Shown piece by piece: positions 13,039 to 24,379 of a DNA stretch of 64,000 nucleotides. This stretch comes from Takakia lepidozioides. Taxonomy: Eukaryota; Plantae; Bryophyta. Both the position numbers and the translations under genes were made by a program. Position 1 is the stretch's first letter; every line of letters starts with the position of its first letter. The notes under the pieces were generated by a model, which saw nothing but the letters and a program-made list of their open reading frames with translations, searched no databases and was not told the origin of the DNA. The DNA lies in contig CM060732.1 of NCBI GenBank assembly GCA_030704615.1, positions 20,894,001 through 20,958,000 on the forward strand, in the 5' to 3' direction.

Positions 13039-13968
13039 TTTTCCGTTTTGTTGTTGTTGCACATGAGCGATGTATTTTGGAGGAAGTTGATTCGGGGGGC
13101 AGCAGAAGAATGTGTTCACCATAACCTATGATTGAAAGGGGAAGACGGGATTCCACGCTTGCAAGCTACCTGCGGAAGCAAGCTGCGATTTAGTTCGAGT
13201 GCGAGGTTCTGAGGACAGACCTCGATCGCAATGATCTTGTCGAAAGGCTGTGCAGGGTAAAGGATCCATAGCTACTTGGACGAAGGTCCTGAAACCACTG
13301 TCGTATAGCAGCTGGTAGGGTTTCTCTCGTTGCCAGTTGTAGGAGGGTGGTAAGCACGAGCTCCAGAAATAGCTCCCCGCTTGAGCCAGAATTCCACCAG
13401 AAGAAAACGGGTTGAAAAACTGAGCTGCATGCCATCCGTGCAGCGGGGGAGTACAGTGGCAGAGACCTTGGCTTGGTGGGCAGATCACAATCGTATGTTC
13501 GAAGCGCAAACAGGCAGTAGCGTTGAAGGCCAAGCTCCCGTTCACAGTGTCCGTCATGGCTGCAGGGAAAAACATCCGGAAAGCTCCTACACAGGGTTCT
13601 AAGAAGGGTTGTATGAGCAATTGATATAGAAAGGGGGACCTGCAGGCTAAGAGTGAACAGATTTCCCCAGTAACTACACTTGTCGCCTCTGATGAAAAAC
13701 CCAATGGCTTGGACCTTGCTGCTGCTGATGTGGTGCATGTTGAAAGAGGTGTTTGCCGTCAATTTGTGAAGGAGTTTTCTTGTTGCGCTTCCTCTGCGCA
13801 CTGCAGATTGACATCAAGAAGGGGCTGCTTGGCAAGGTCCCATTGCACCAGCGGCTGCAGATTGAGTTCCACTTTACTGAGGCAATCGCAAATTCCTGCA
13901 GTTTGGTTTTGTTTGGTTTTGTGAAGACACAAAATGCCGACTCCAACAGTATCGGCCAGCCAAGGTGG

Positions 13969-14060
13969 AATGATTCGTTGTTGAAAAAGCTGAGTGATCA
14001 CGCTTTGGAATCGCTCAGCCAACATGGGTGATGGGCCCTACCCTCCTTGAGCAATTGGCC
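13969..14060 (-). pseudogene. CLPP5: captured fragment of plastid Clp protease subunit ClpP5
   Basis: AQGG*GPSPMLAERFQSVITQLFQQRII matches the ClpP5 segment AQGQGPPPMVQERFQSIISQLFQYRII. Confidence 0.8.
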
Positions 14061-14439
14061 CCTCATAAGCATAAGCTGAGATCTCAGAGGGAGAGGCAAG
14101 AAGGCGGTTTGTCGGAGCTGGTGCTGAATTGAGCTGCAATTGCCGGGACTAACCAGAACCAAAGGCTTCACAAGCAACGCATGCGCCATGGATTCCCGAG
14201 AGATGCCGAAGCTATCGATGCACAACAACAATAGGGCAGAAACACGAGCAGTAACAGGAAGGCGGAAACCATTCTAAGCCAACAATAATCACTGGCGAGA
14301 GATGCGAATTAGACCAAGTTGATGGAACTTCAAGCTGGTCTTGGCCTTGGATTCCATGCAAAGACGGCCACATTACATTAGGCCGCCTGTCCATAAGCCA
14401 TGAAGGTGCTGCGCAGTGCATCTACTCTTGAAATCGCCC

Positions 14440-14550
14440 CAATTCCTGGTTTGTAGTCTCTAGGTCGAATAAGGCCTGGGCTACAGCCTCTTCGAACTCA
14501 TCAGGCTCGAGCCCCTTCTCCTTCTGAATCTTCCTGCGTGCCGTAAACAT
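14440..14550 (-). pseudogene. RPS7: captured N-terminal fragment of 40S ribosomal protein eS7
   Basis: [37 protein letters not shown] is the plant eS7 N-terminus; similarity stops abruptly after QEL. Confidence 0.9.
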
Positions 14551-15032
14551 GGCTGCTGCCTTGCCGTCCTGAAAGCTCGAGGAGGCAGGCCCACGCGCAG
14601 AGAAAAGCAAATCGCCTCCAGGGTGTGATACCCCACCCAACTGAGGTCGAGTTTTGGAGTTAATGAGCTCTTGGTGCCTGGAGAAGCCTGGAGGGGAACG
14701 GCCTCGGGAACCCGTAGATAACCTGGGAACAGGTTGTAATGGCAAAAACGTTTTGGTGTTAAAAAAAAAAATGGTCTTTTTTATCTAATTTAAATGTTTA
14801 AAGAGCCTGGTTGGTCATATCTTTGTCAAATGAGCTCCGTTTGACTTAGTTTTTGAGGGGATAGCTGCAGAAAGGGGAAATCTACCTATCTAGACCTGGT
14901 TTTTGTTTTTGGGACACTGCTAGAAATCTATGGAATTTTTAGTGTGTGAGTGTGCCATGAAAGATCCACAATCATGTTTCTAGAACCTGTTCTGGTCTAC
15001 ATGAGAGATAAATCTGGGGATGTATTCCTTGT

Positions 15033-15776
15033 ATGGCTGGGGGAAATGAGGACGTAATTGAAGTCTCTTCTCTTAGCCTGTGCACCCAAGGGGACAAGAT
15101 TTATGTTTCCCAAGGAACTCAGACTGATTTGAGTGGAGAACAGTTGGACGAGTTGATTGCATACTGGGAGTCAGGCATTAGCAGTGGACAACAAAATGCT
15201 GTAGTTGGCGTTGAGGGCCTCAATATTGCTTTGGACAGTCAGAACTCTGTTAGAGCCAGCAATTCTGCAGCTGTAAGTGAAATACCAAAGTGGGTAAAAG
15301 CTAGGCTTGGAACACAGCCAAAGACAGCCCCGGGGACCAAGGTGTTCAGCCACAAGGCCGTGGTGTATTGGAGTAGAGGAGCAGGAGCTACACAAGTTTG
15401 TGCAATCAGACAGCGTTGCAGCCGGACACGCTCTGCACAAGGCAACCATGAGCGGGGGTTCATTAGCGAGGACAAGTTTGTTCTGTTTGAAGGAGATGCA
15501 GTCATTCGCAATGAGGACACCCGCAACCGTCTCAAAGCTTTCGAGTTGAGAGACTATCAGACCCTACCTTTGTTTTCTTTAGTGTTCAGTGAGCGGGAGA
15601 TAGCAGAGTGTTGCTTTGTCTCTACCTGGAAGAAAGAGGAGGAGGGTTGGTTAGAGCGAGCTACTATAGCTTGGGACAAGGTTAGTGGCAGGTTTCTGGA
15701 CATAGATATACCTCCTACACCTTACCATCATGCAGAGCGAGGCACTTTGAGAGAAGTCTGGCAGTTGATAGCATAG
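15033..15776 (+). CDS. intact 247-aa extra ORF of unknown function upstream of gag
   Basis: ATG-initiated, uninterrupted ORF inside the retroelement between the captured fragments and gag; no family recognised. Confidence 0.55.
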   Translation: MAGGNEDVIEVSSLSLCTQGDKIYVSQGTQTDLSGEQLDELIAYWESGISSGQQNAVVGVEGLNIALDSQNSVRASNSAAVSEIPKWVKARLGTQPKTAPGTKVFSHKAVVYWSRGAGATQVCAIRQRCSRTRSAQGNHERGFISEDKFVLFEGDAVIRNEDTRNRLKAFELRDYQTLPLFSLVFSEREIAECCFVSTWKKEEEGWLERATIAWDKVSGRFLDIDIPPTPYHHAERGTLREVWQLIA

Positions 15777-16512
15777 ATTAGGATTAGATCTTGCTTGGGC
15801 GGGCTTCTATTCTTTCCCTCCATCTCTGTACTATTTTCATTACCTTGTACTCGTAGTTGCCAAAGCCTCTCTTGGTGGAGGCCAGTTAGTCCAGGGTTTT
15901 GGGCTGGGCTATTCTGTAGGATCAGCATTGCAGCTGGATTTTGGTATGGGGCTGTTGATGTTTTGATTTCTTGTGTTTGGATCCCCCCCAACACCTGCAT
16001 GATTGACTGTGCGTCATGTTGGTTTTGTGTGGGCGCTTGCTTTCATAGGGATTAGGCCGGATTTGATCACCGGTCAATCCTAGAGTATGCTGTCGGTGGT
16101 GAGGCTGGAGTGATGACCAGCAAGACCACCAGTGTTTCTTCTATGGTGAGGCTGGGTTGATGACCAGCCAACCATAGGAGTTCTTGCGGTGGATGCAGGT
16201 GTAGGTGCCCTGAGCCACTGGGATATGACCCTTAAACTGCAACAGGTGCCTACCCGTGTCACTATTAGAATTAGTAATAGAGCCTTATAGTGTCACGTGG
16301 GGGAGGTGCACATTGTGAGTGTCATCACGGAGTTACCCCGGGGTTCTGAGGGGAGTACGGCTACAGGCAGTAGCAGTGAGAGTGGGTTCACCAGACGAGG
16401 TGTTCGTTTCAGACCACCTTCACCTCCACCCTCAACTAGTGCAGAGTCAGACACAGACTCGGAGGCTTCATCAACAGGTGTGCAGTTTCATTCGCCGTTG
16501 TTGTGGGACGAC

Positions 16513-18900
16513 ATGGAGGAGATGTATGGAGCTACCAAGGGACCTCGTAGGTACTCTGGAGCTGTGGGCACAATCGAGTTGGATGACTTTATCCAGGAGT
16601 TCGACAGCTGGTGTGATTTGCAGCAGATGCGTAATCCACAGCTATTCACCCCATTCATGGCGTGGAAGGGACTGTTCCAGCATTTGGAAGGCCCGCCTAT
16701 AGACGATTACCACGAGTTCAGGCGAGGACATGAAGCAAAGATTGAGGAGTGGAGGATGTATTGGTCACCTGACTACGTCTCCATTACTCGAGGCACGACG
16801 CGACTAGTAGCTGCATCAGTACCAATATCTCCCACTGCCAGCACTAGTAGTGGAACAAGTAGTGCCGGTACTTTTGCAGGTGGTACCAGTTCAAAAGGTG
16901 CTACTACTCCTCCTGCCACGACTACAACATATGTGCCTAGATTCAACCCGGTGGTGGAGTTCTTCCAGGAGTTGCGGAGGAACTACCAAGGTGTACGGAC
17001 AGAGAAGCTGCGAAGTTTGCAAGACTTCCAGCGCAAACCCAGTGAGAGCTTGCGAGAGGCCTACACTCGTATGAGGCGCTTGATAAGTGTGACCCAAGGG
17101 GTTACTGAAGCTCAGGCAATCCAGTTCTGGTATGGAATTTTGGACAAGGAGCTCAGGAGAAGGGTGCGGGATGCAACCCTGTTACAAGCAGCCCAACCCA
17201 CATTAGCAGATGTGTTTCTGCAGGCTGAGCGGATTGAGCTCAACATGGTGGAGGAGCGAGTTGTTACCATTGGGTTTGGCAAGGACATGCCTGCACGAGG
17301 CGCAGCTGCCAGCCCATAGGCACAAGGGACTGCCCAACAGCGTGGTCAGGGGGGCAAGGTTTCCCAACCCAAGTTCCATGGAGCTTACAGGGGACCTCAG
17401 GTGCAGAGGCCCGTGGCATCTTTTGCAGGCCAACAGCAACCAGGGGTGATATGTTGGACATGTGGAGGACCCCATGTCAAGAGAGATTGCCCAGAGAGTG
17501 GCAAAAGGCCGGCACAAAACACAGCCTGCACAGTTGCAGTGTGGGCATTGTGGCAAGTATGGGCATGGAGATGCCCAGTGTTATGACTTGCATCCTGAGT
17601 TGCGCCCAGGCCAGTTCCAAGGGAACAATGGTGGGCGGGGGTGAGGTGGACCAGCCCAGAGAGGACGAGGTGGTCGGGCACGAGGTGCAGGCCAAGGGCA
17701 AGCTCAACATGGCTAAGGACGCGGAGGTCAGGTGTTGACCAAGGCATGGCCAACCGGCTTCAGCAGCTAGAGCAGAGGCTCGCTGCCATGGCTACAGCTC
17801 AGGCGGTACCGGCTCCCAGGCGGGATGGTCCACCTCCTGCTCCTGAGGGAGGAGATATGGGAGGCATGGGACTCATGTGCGGAGCAGCACTACCACTAGA
17901 GCAGGTGGAGTCTGTTGCAGCCATGACTCGAGGAGCATCACGAGTTCCTGAGCCACGAGGTGCAGATGTGGAGTTGGATCCACAACGTGGGGAGGCAAGC
18001 CGTCAGGCGAGGCTGCCTCAGTCATTCACCTTGGCGGAGACAGTGTCAACGCCATCCATGGCACCTAGTTCTTGCCCGACTGTTACCGAGGCGGAGGTTT
18101 CTATGCCATTGGGGAGAGCTACACGTGCAACACTGACACCTGCTGCCAAGACTAGTGCAGCCGGTGTGTTGTTGGGGGCAGCCACCTCTGTGTGTCAAGC
18201 CCCACTGTTCTCGGCAACCATGATTGCGACGCCGGGGGTAAGACCAGCTGCAGTGTTCAGACTAGCAGCAACACTATGTGAGAGTGGGGAGGTCACTTCA
18301 TCTTCTGCGGAGTTACTGGAAGGTGTAGTGGCAGAGGGATCCTCGGATTTGAGGGTCAAGACTGCCACGGCTGCGCCATGGCAAGCTGCAGCTGCCAAGT
18401 TGACGGAGCTGCCAGCTAGGCCAGCCTTTGAGCGCGCCATGGTGACACCTGGAGTTGTCTTGTTAGACAACCAGGATGGCATTTTCTCTTTGAGTGGACC
18501 GGCAGGTAAGAAGTACCGGCCACTGCGGGTCTTGTTGGACTCGAGAGCTCAGCCACTGATGTTGGGCAGAGCTGCTATTGCAGGTTTGGGCCTCATGGAG
18601 GCGGATATGGAGCCTTGTCCTTTCCAGATACAGACATCTCTGGGAGGATCAGAGCAGGCTCGGGGCATGACATGGCATCAGTTGGCCATTAGACTGCAGC
18701 CGGATCATCCTATCGATGGCTCAGTAATGCGAGCCAAGGCCATTGTGACAGACGCGGTCTCTTACGATGTCCTCGTTGGTGGGGCAGTGTTATACCCCAT
18801 AGGCTTCACCCTGGATTTTTGGGAGGAGTCAGCATTCTATAGGCCTGGATGGCAGTCAGAGGATGGTCGTCGTGCACAGCTCCCTATGACATTCATTGGG
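16513..18900 (+). pseudogene. gypsy gag (capsid plus two CCHC knuckles) and aspartic protease, frameshifted
   Basis: FQRKPSESLREAYTRM capsid-like motif; CWTCGGPHVKRDC (~17452) and CGHCGKYGHGDAQC (~17540); VLLDSRAQP (mutated DSGA) at ~18530 and YDVLVG. Confidence 0.85.
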
Positions 18901-19229
18901 GGTCGCTGCCCAACGGGGCAAGATGCCAACACTAGCCGCCTTTACAGCTGCAGTTAGTTGGCCTGGAGAGTTGCTGGAAGGCAATGCCCATGCAGAGGAT
19001 GTGCCACCTCCAGCAGAGCAGGATGACATGCATGGTATGGCGGAGTTGCCTGCCATGGTTGCTCACACTCCATTGTGGGGTACGAGCAAGGATTTGCAAC
19101 AGGTTGCTGATCGATGGGTGCAACAAACCTGGGTAGAGGTTTTTGTACCGTCAGGAGAGGAGGAGAGTGCGGGTATTGCACCAGGACCACCTCAGTTGTC
19201 ACCATTGGATACCACACCTATTGTGTGGC

Positions 19230-20180
19230 AGTATCCGGATGAGGCATTTGCCTTCTGGCCTTGGTTTGGCGGATCACACCGGATTTGGCTTCTGTGCTAC
19301 AGGCAATGGTGTGCGGTAAGAGCGTTCCCTGTATGTGGAGAGGGATGAGACTGCACGACGCGTCTCATTGTGCCATGTTGCTCAGTTGGTACAGTAGTAC
19401 CCCTGCTTGTTGCCAGTGTCTGCAATTCGTGGATACCAACAACCTTGCCAGCAGACATTTCATTGCTGGGGCGCCGGATTTGGAGCAGGTTGGCTCCATT
19501 GATCTGGTAGTGGCAGGTTGGCCTTGCCAAGGGCATTCATCAGCCGGGCATGGCAATGGATTGCGAGACTCAAGGACGGGTCTGTTTTGGGAGATGGTGC
19601 GGATTTGCGCCACTTGCAGCTTCATCAAGCTGTATCGCCAGCATACATCTTGGAGAATGTCCACTGATGGGCGATTCTCGGGCCAGGGTGATGGCCAGTG
19701 TGCATCAAGTCCGGTCGTGGCTTGGGTCAGCATGCTGCTGGATGCAGCTGTGGGATCACGGGCTCATCGTCCATGGCTATGGTGGACTAACTTGATGCCA
19801 CCCGCACTGCTCAAGCGTGCATTGATGGGGTGCAGCGGCCAACACACCTCATAGTGGACAGCATTTTGGACACAGGGAGCAGTCTCAACGTGTGAGACAC
19901 GATGACCGTTCGCCTTTGGCAGTGGTCACAGGGTGGGTCAACCACGAGCAGCATTACCTACACTGCTCAGCTTCCCAGGATCCCATGCTTTCGGGATGGT
20001 GGACCTGGCCTCCTGTGGGATGCTCAGTTGCAACAGTTAGTGGAGCCTAATGTCGACGAGCGAGAGCGGGCAATGGGTTTTCCACTGGGACCACGGCGGT
20101 GCCTTCTCTTTCTGAGGCATCACGTCGTCAGGTGTTGGGGCAAGCAATGGATCTCAATTGCTTGACTTGGATTATCAGCT
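19230..20180 (+). pseudogene. C5-cytosine DNA methyltransferase domain (DNMT3-like) within retroelement pol, frameshifted
   Basis: Motifs in order: degenerate motif I (FGG, ~19265), IDLVVAGWPCQG (IV, ~19498-19533), GLFWEMVR, YILENV (VI, ~19645), DAA.GSRAHRPWLWWTN (VIII, ~19741-19790), ERERAMGFP (IX, ~20058), SRRQVLGQAMD (X, ~20120-20152). Confidence 0.9.
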
Positions 20181-20559
20181 TGGCTATGGCTGAGCAACGT
20201 AGAGTGCGGAGTGCACTTCCCTTGATGTCTCTCTGCCTACCGAGACGATACAGGCAGCGAGTGGGGCGAGCCGGTGAGGACCACGAGGTGTAGACATCCA
20301 TGGCACACGTGGGAGGTGCTCGAGGTTCAGAGGGAGTTGGCAGCCAAGGCAGTGTGATGGATGAGGTTGGGGATTCTTCTCGGGATGAGGAGGTTCTCAA
20401 TGATGAGATGATGGGGCAGGATGAGGCCTTGTTATTGACTGAGCAGGAAGGGAGTACTGCTCAAGAGGTTGCAGCATAGCAACCACGGGACGCGTCCTCT
20501 ACCTCTAAGCCCACTGGACTTAAGGTTGCAGTTACGGAGGACAATTGGGAGCCTGCCAT

Positions 20560-23400
20560 TGGACCCATTATCACCGGAGGAGAGAGACGACATATACAAC
20601 GGTTCCTGAGGGCTTACAGGAATTGCTTTGCCTTCATTTGAAGGACTTGGGAGCACTGAAGGGTCAAGAGATCCGTATTGAGTCGGCCACTGACACGCCA
20701 ATCTTTCGGAGACCCCTATAGATACAATGACATGGAGAGGTCTTTGATTCAGATGAGGACTCAAGATCTCTGGAGGCAGGTTTGGTGGAGCTCTCTGGTG
20801 GAGAGTATGCTTTAGCCACAGTGATGTCACCCAAGAAAGATGTCTATGGCAATTGGACGGAGAGACGTATGTGCGGTGATTACCGGCCTGTAGATCGTCA
20901 GACCAAGTCCGATAGGTATGCCATGCCGACACCAGAGGAGATCTTTGATGCCATTGGGCATTCCAAGGTCTTTAGCACGTTGGATTTACGATCCGGATAT
21001 CACCAGTTGCCGATTAAGGAGGCGGATAAGCAAAAGACGGCATTCTGGGGGATCAATGAGCACGGGAAGGATTGCCTATACCAGTGGCGGTTCTTACCAT
21101 TGGCTTAAAAACGCTCCCGCTGAGTTTCAAAGAGTCATGGACAAGATTCTAGCAGGGGTGGAGTTTGCTCGTGCTACATAGATGACATCATCATCTTTAG
21201 TCTACGGTGGAGGAGCATGAGAGACACCTTCAGGGGATATTTGAGCGCTTGAGGACGCACGGATTGAAGTTACATCCGGGCAAGTGCAAGTTTATCTACA
21301 ACCAGATTGAGTATCTGGGTCACATGATATATCCTGGAGGATTGGGGGTACAGCAGAGTCCATTGCACAGGTTCTACGCCCTACGGATGTGAGCCGAGTT
21401 CGAGCTTTCATGGGGTTAGCAAACTATTACAGACGGTTTATTAAGGGATTTAGTGCCATTGCAAAGGCTCTAACCAAGCTGACCAAGGTGGACCAGGAGT
21501 GGCAGTGGGAAGATGAGCAAGAACAAGCTTTTCAAGAGCTCAAGGCGAGGTTGACCTCGGCGCCCATCTTGAGACGACCTATATCAGGGGCGTCCTTTCA
21601 GCTGCATACAGATTGGAGCATGCTGGGGCTTGGAGCAGTGCTCACACAGGTGGATGATGAGGGAAGAGAGTTCGTAGTGGCTTATGCTAGCCGTTTGAAC
21701 AATGCTGCAGAGTCTAAGTATAGCTCATATGAGGGAGAATGCTTAGCTGCAGTGTGGGCCGTGGCACACTTCAGATGCTATCTATACGGTTCAATCTCTT
21801 CACCCTTGTCACGGATCACCAACCACTTAAGTGGTTGATGGGTCAGACAAGCTTACGGGAAGCTTACACAGTGGGCACTCATCCTTCAAGAGTATGACTT
21901 TCAGGTGGTGCGACCGGGTTTGGTCAATCGCAATGTAGATGGGTTGAGTCGCAATCCATGCACGAGCCAGCAGGATGACACTGGAGCTCGGTGGCATGGT
22001 GAGACGGACGAGGAGATGGTGCCCGATGGCATGCATCTGCATTTCTGTGTATCTTGGTAGCGGAAGGCCAGGTTGGACCTGCAACATAGATGACTGTAGA
22101 TCAGGTGTCTGAGGACCCTGAGGCCAGCAATGAGCAAGGTGGGCCCAAAGATATACATGAGGATTCAGTTGTGTTGGACTACCTCCGCACTGGAGACACT
22201 GCAGCCACTGTGACTGCCAATGAGAGGGATCGGATCCTACAACGAGCCAAGAGGTTCAAGTGGGGGACACACCTGCTCCGAGTTTGGGGAGGATGGTCGA
22301 GTGAGATTGTGCCTCACCCAACACAGCGGGCACGGTTAGTGCGGCATGCCCATGAGGAGTTGGGGCATTTTGGGGTGCGACGCACTCATAGTCTACTGCA
22401 GGGGCAGTATTGGTGGCGTGGTATGCACACAGAGGTGCAACAATTTGTGGCTAGGGTGCATGGTGTGACAGGGTGTGTGCTTCATTCAACGCCCCTACTC
22501 CACAATTGCACCCTCTTCCGATCATGGGATTGGGCTACAGGTGGAGTCTTGACTTCGCATGGTCGTTGCCACTGACCATGCGCCACAACAAGTACGTGTT
22601 GGTGATGGTGGAGCACTTCTCCAAGTGGATTGAATTGGTTCCATTGCCCTGATAAGGCTAGTGAGGGAGCTGCGTATGCATTCTTGGATTGTGTGCTTAG
22701 CCGATTCGATGCTCCAGCTGAGGTACTCACGGACCAAGGGAGAGAGTTCTTGGGGGAGTTTCAGGCTTTGTGTGACAAGGCCTTGATAGACCACCGCACC
22801 ACTTCTCGGGATCATCCTGAGGCCGATGGCTTGGCAGAGAGAGTTGTTCAGACAGTAAAGAGGGGTTTACGCAAGTATGGCTTGCAGAAGGGACACCTAG
22901 GAGATTGGGACCTTCAGTTACTCTGGTTAGCCATGGGCTACAGGTTCAGCAAGCAAGCATCACTTGCCTCCTTCTCACCATACTTTCTTCTCTTTGGCCC
23001 GAGAGCCGGATTTGCCTACATCCATTCGCAGAGAAGCTGCTACAGTTCTTAACCTTGACGATCCGGATGTGTGGGCACGTGCATATGAGCAGCGTGCAGA
23101 GTTTTCAAGAAAGTCATGCCAATGGCTTTTGAGAACCTTGCCATTGCACAACACCGTGATACGTTGAGGTATGCTACCATACGTGTGGGGGCTATCGTCC
23201 TGGGGTTCGGAGATTCAACCCTGGTGACTACGTCTATCTGCAGCAGACTGCTCCTACGACCTTGGATGTGACTGCATGACGTGTTATTTTGAGGGTTCGA
23301 GAGGTCTTGCCCTCAGGCGTCTTAGTCTTGGAGGGTCGGGATGGCATAACTTGGAAGGACCATGTGCGTAATTGTGCGCCATGTCACCTTCCGAATGTCG
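20560..23400 (+). pseudogene. gypsy RT, RNase H and integrase, frameshifted
   Basis: RRMCGDYR, FSTLDLRSGYHQ, KNAPAEFQR, YIDD (~21175), FMGLANYYRRF, LHTDWS, YSSYEGEC; HAHEELGH zinc finger, LTDQGREF, ADGLAERVV integrase core. Confidence 0.93.
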
Positions 23401-23447
23401 ATGGCAGGATAGACCCAAACGTGGCAGTGGTATCTGCAGGTTTGAGG

Positions 23448-23589
23448 TGCATGTTGTGTGGGTCTGCTAGAGGGCAGCCACCATGCTGGTGTGTGATCCA
23501 TGCTCTAGGGTTGGCATATGGGATGCTTGACTCCACCTCTTGAGATGGTTCCGGATGGGGATTGGTTATGTCCACATTGCATTGGATAG
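23448..23589 (+). other. PHD finger at the integrase C-terminus
   Basis: CMLC...MLVCDPCS.GWHMGCLTPPLEMVPDGDWLCPHC (C4HC3), read across small frameshifts and ending at TAG 23587-23589. Confidence 0.85.
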
Positions 23590-23850
23590 TGGGAGTGGAT
23601 ACAACCATGGAAGGCTAACAAGAAACGCAAGGCCCAGCTACTAGGAGACCTTGAACACACGAGGTCCTGGCTCAAGTTCACAGATTGCAAGACGGCGACT
23701 AACGATGGGGCTACTCTTGTACCCGGCCTCTTGGTCTATAGGTTTGAGTGCAATAGGGACAGTGATAGAGGACTTAGTACGGCTGTGGCTATTACATCTT
23801 GTAGCTATCTGGAGGTAGAGGGGACCTCCCCCCCAGCTAGGGGGGGCGAT

Positions 23851-24379
23851 CGTGGCAGACTACTTTATTGTGCATATATGTGTGGTGTGGTTTGGACAAC
23901 GATGTAGTTATGTAGCGATACGTATGCGCACGACAGCTGTCAAGTTAAATAAGCACAGTGTGAAAACAACTAGAATTAAGCTAGTTATTTGTATTTAACA
24001 CTTGGATTTAGGTCAAGTATTAAATCAGGTGTCAAGTTTAGTTTGACACCTGAACCGCCTTATCTTCACGAGAGCGGCAGTCGCGCAGCTCATCTCTCTC
24101 GAGTTGAGCCTGCGCGACCGAGCTCCTGCATCGTTTAGGACTGAGTGTGCTCATGATGGGAGTGTAGGTTGTTGTGGGGTGGAGTCCCCACAGCTTGGGG
24201 TGCCCCTGGCTCGACTTCTATTTTAAAGAGTGATAGCGATGGATTTCATATTTCTTGTGTTGGGAGTGTGTGTCCTTTTAGTTTTTCTTATCATTGTGGC
24301 AGACTACTTTATTGTGCATATATGTGTGGTGTGGTTTGGACAGCGATGTAGTTATGTAGCGATACGTATGCGCATGACA
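23851..24379 (+). repeat. 3' terminal composite B1-gc-A2-t-B2
   Basis: B1 23851-23935, GC spacer, A2 23938-24293, one T, B2 24295-24379; preceded by a G-tract/hairpin CCCCCCCAGCTAGGGGGGG (23828-23846). Confidence 0.95.

Larger units (their letters stand above)
12520..24379 (+). mobile_element. Ty3/gypsy-type retroelement with DNMT and PHD domains and permuted terminal repeats (A1...B1-A2-B2)
   Basis: Termini TGTCA...TGACA flanked by a 4-bp TSD AACC (12516-12519 / 24380-24383). Domain order gag-PR-DNMT-RT-RH-INT-PHD. Repeats A (356 bp) at 12520-12875 and 23938-24293; B (85 bp) at 23851-23935 and 24295-24379. Confidence 0.92.

Noticed and set aside
13126-13801. Long minus-strand ORFs (192 and 203 aa) as real genes
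   Set aside because: They cross a mosaic of captured fragments, start at non-ATG codons and resemble no family I recognise.
12520-24379. DIRS/Ngaro tyrosine-recombinase element, suggested by the split repeats and a methyltransferase
   Set aside because: It encodes an aspartic protease and DDE integrase in gypsy order, has a TSD, no YR motifs were seen, and its MTase is C5-type.
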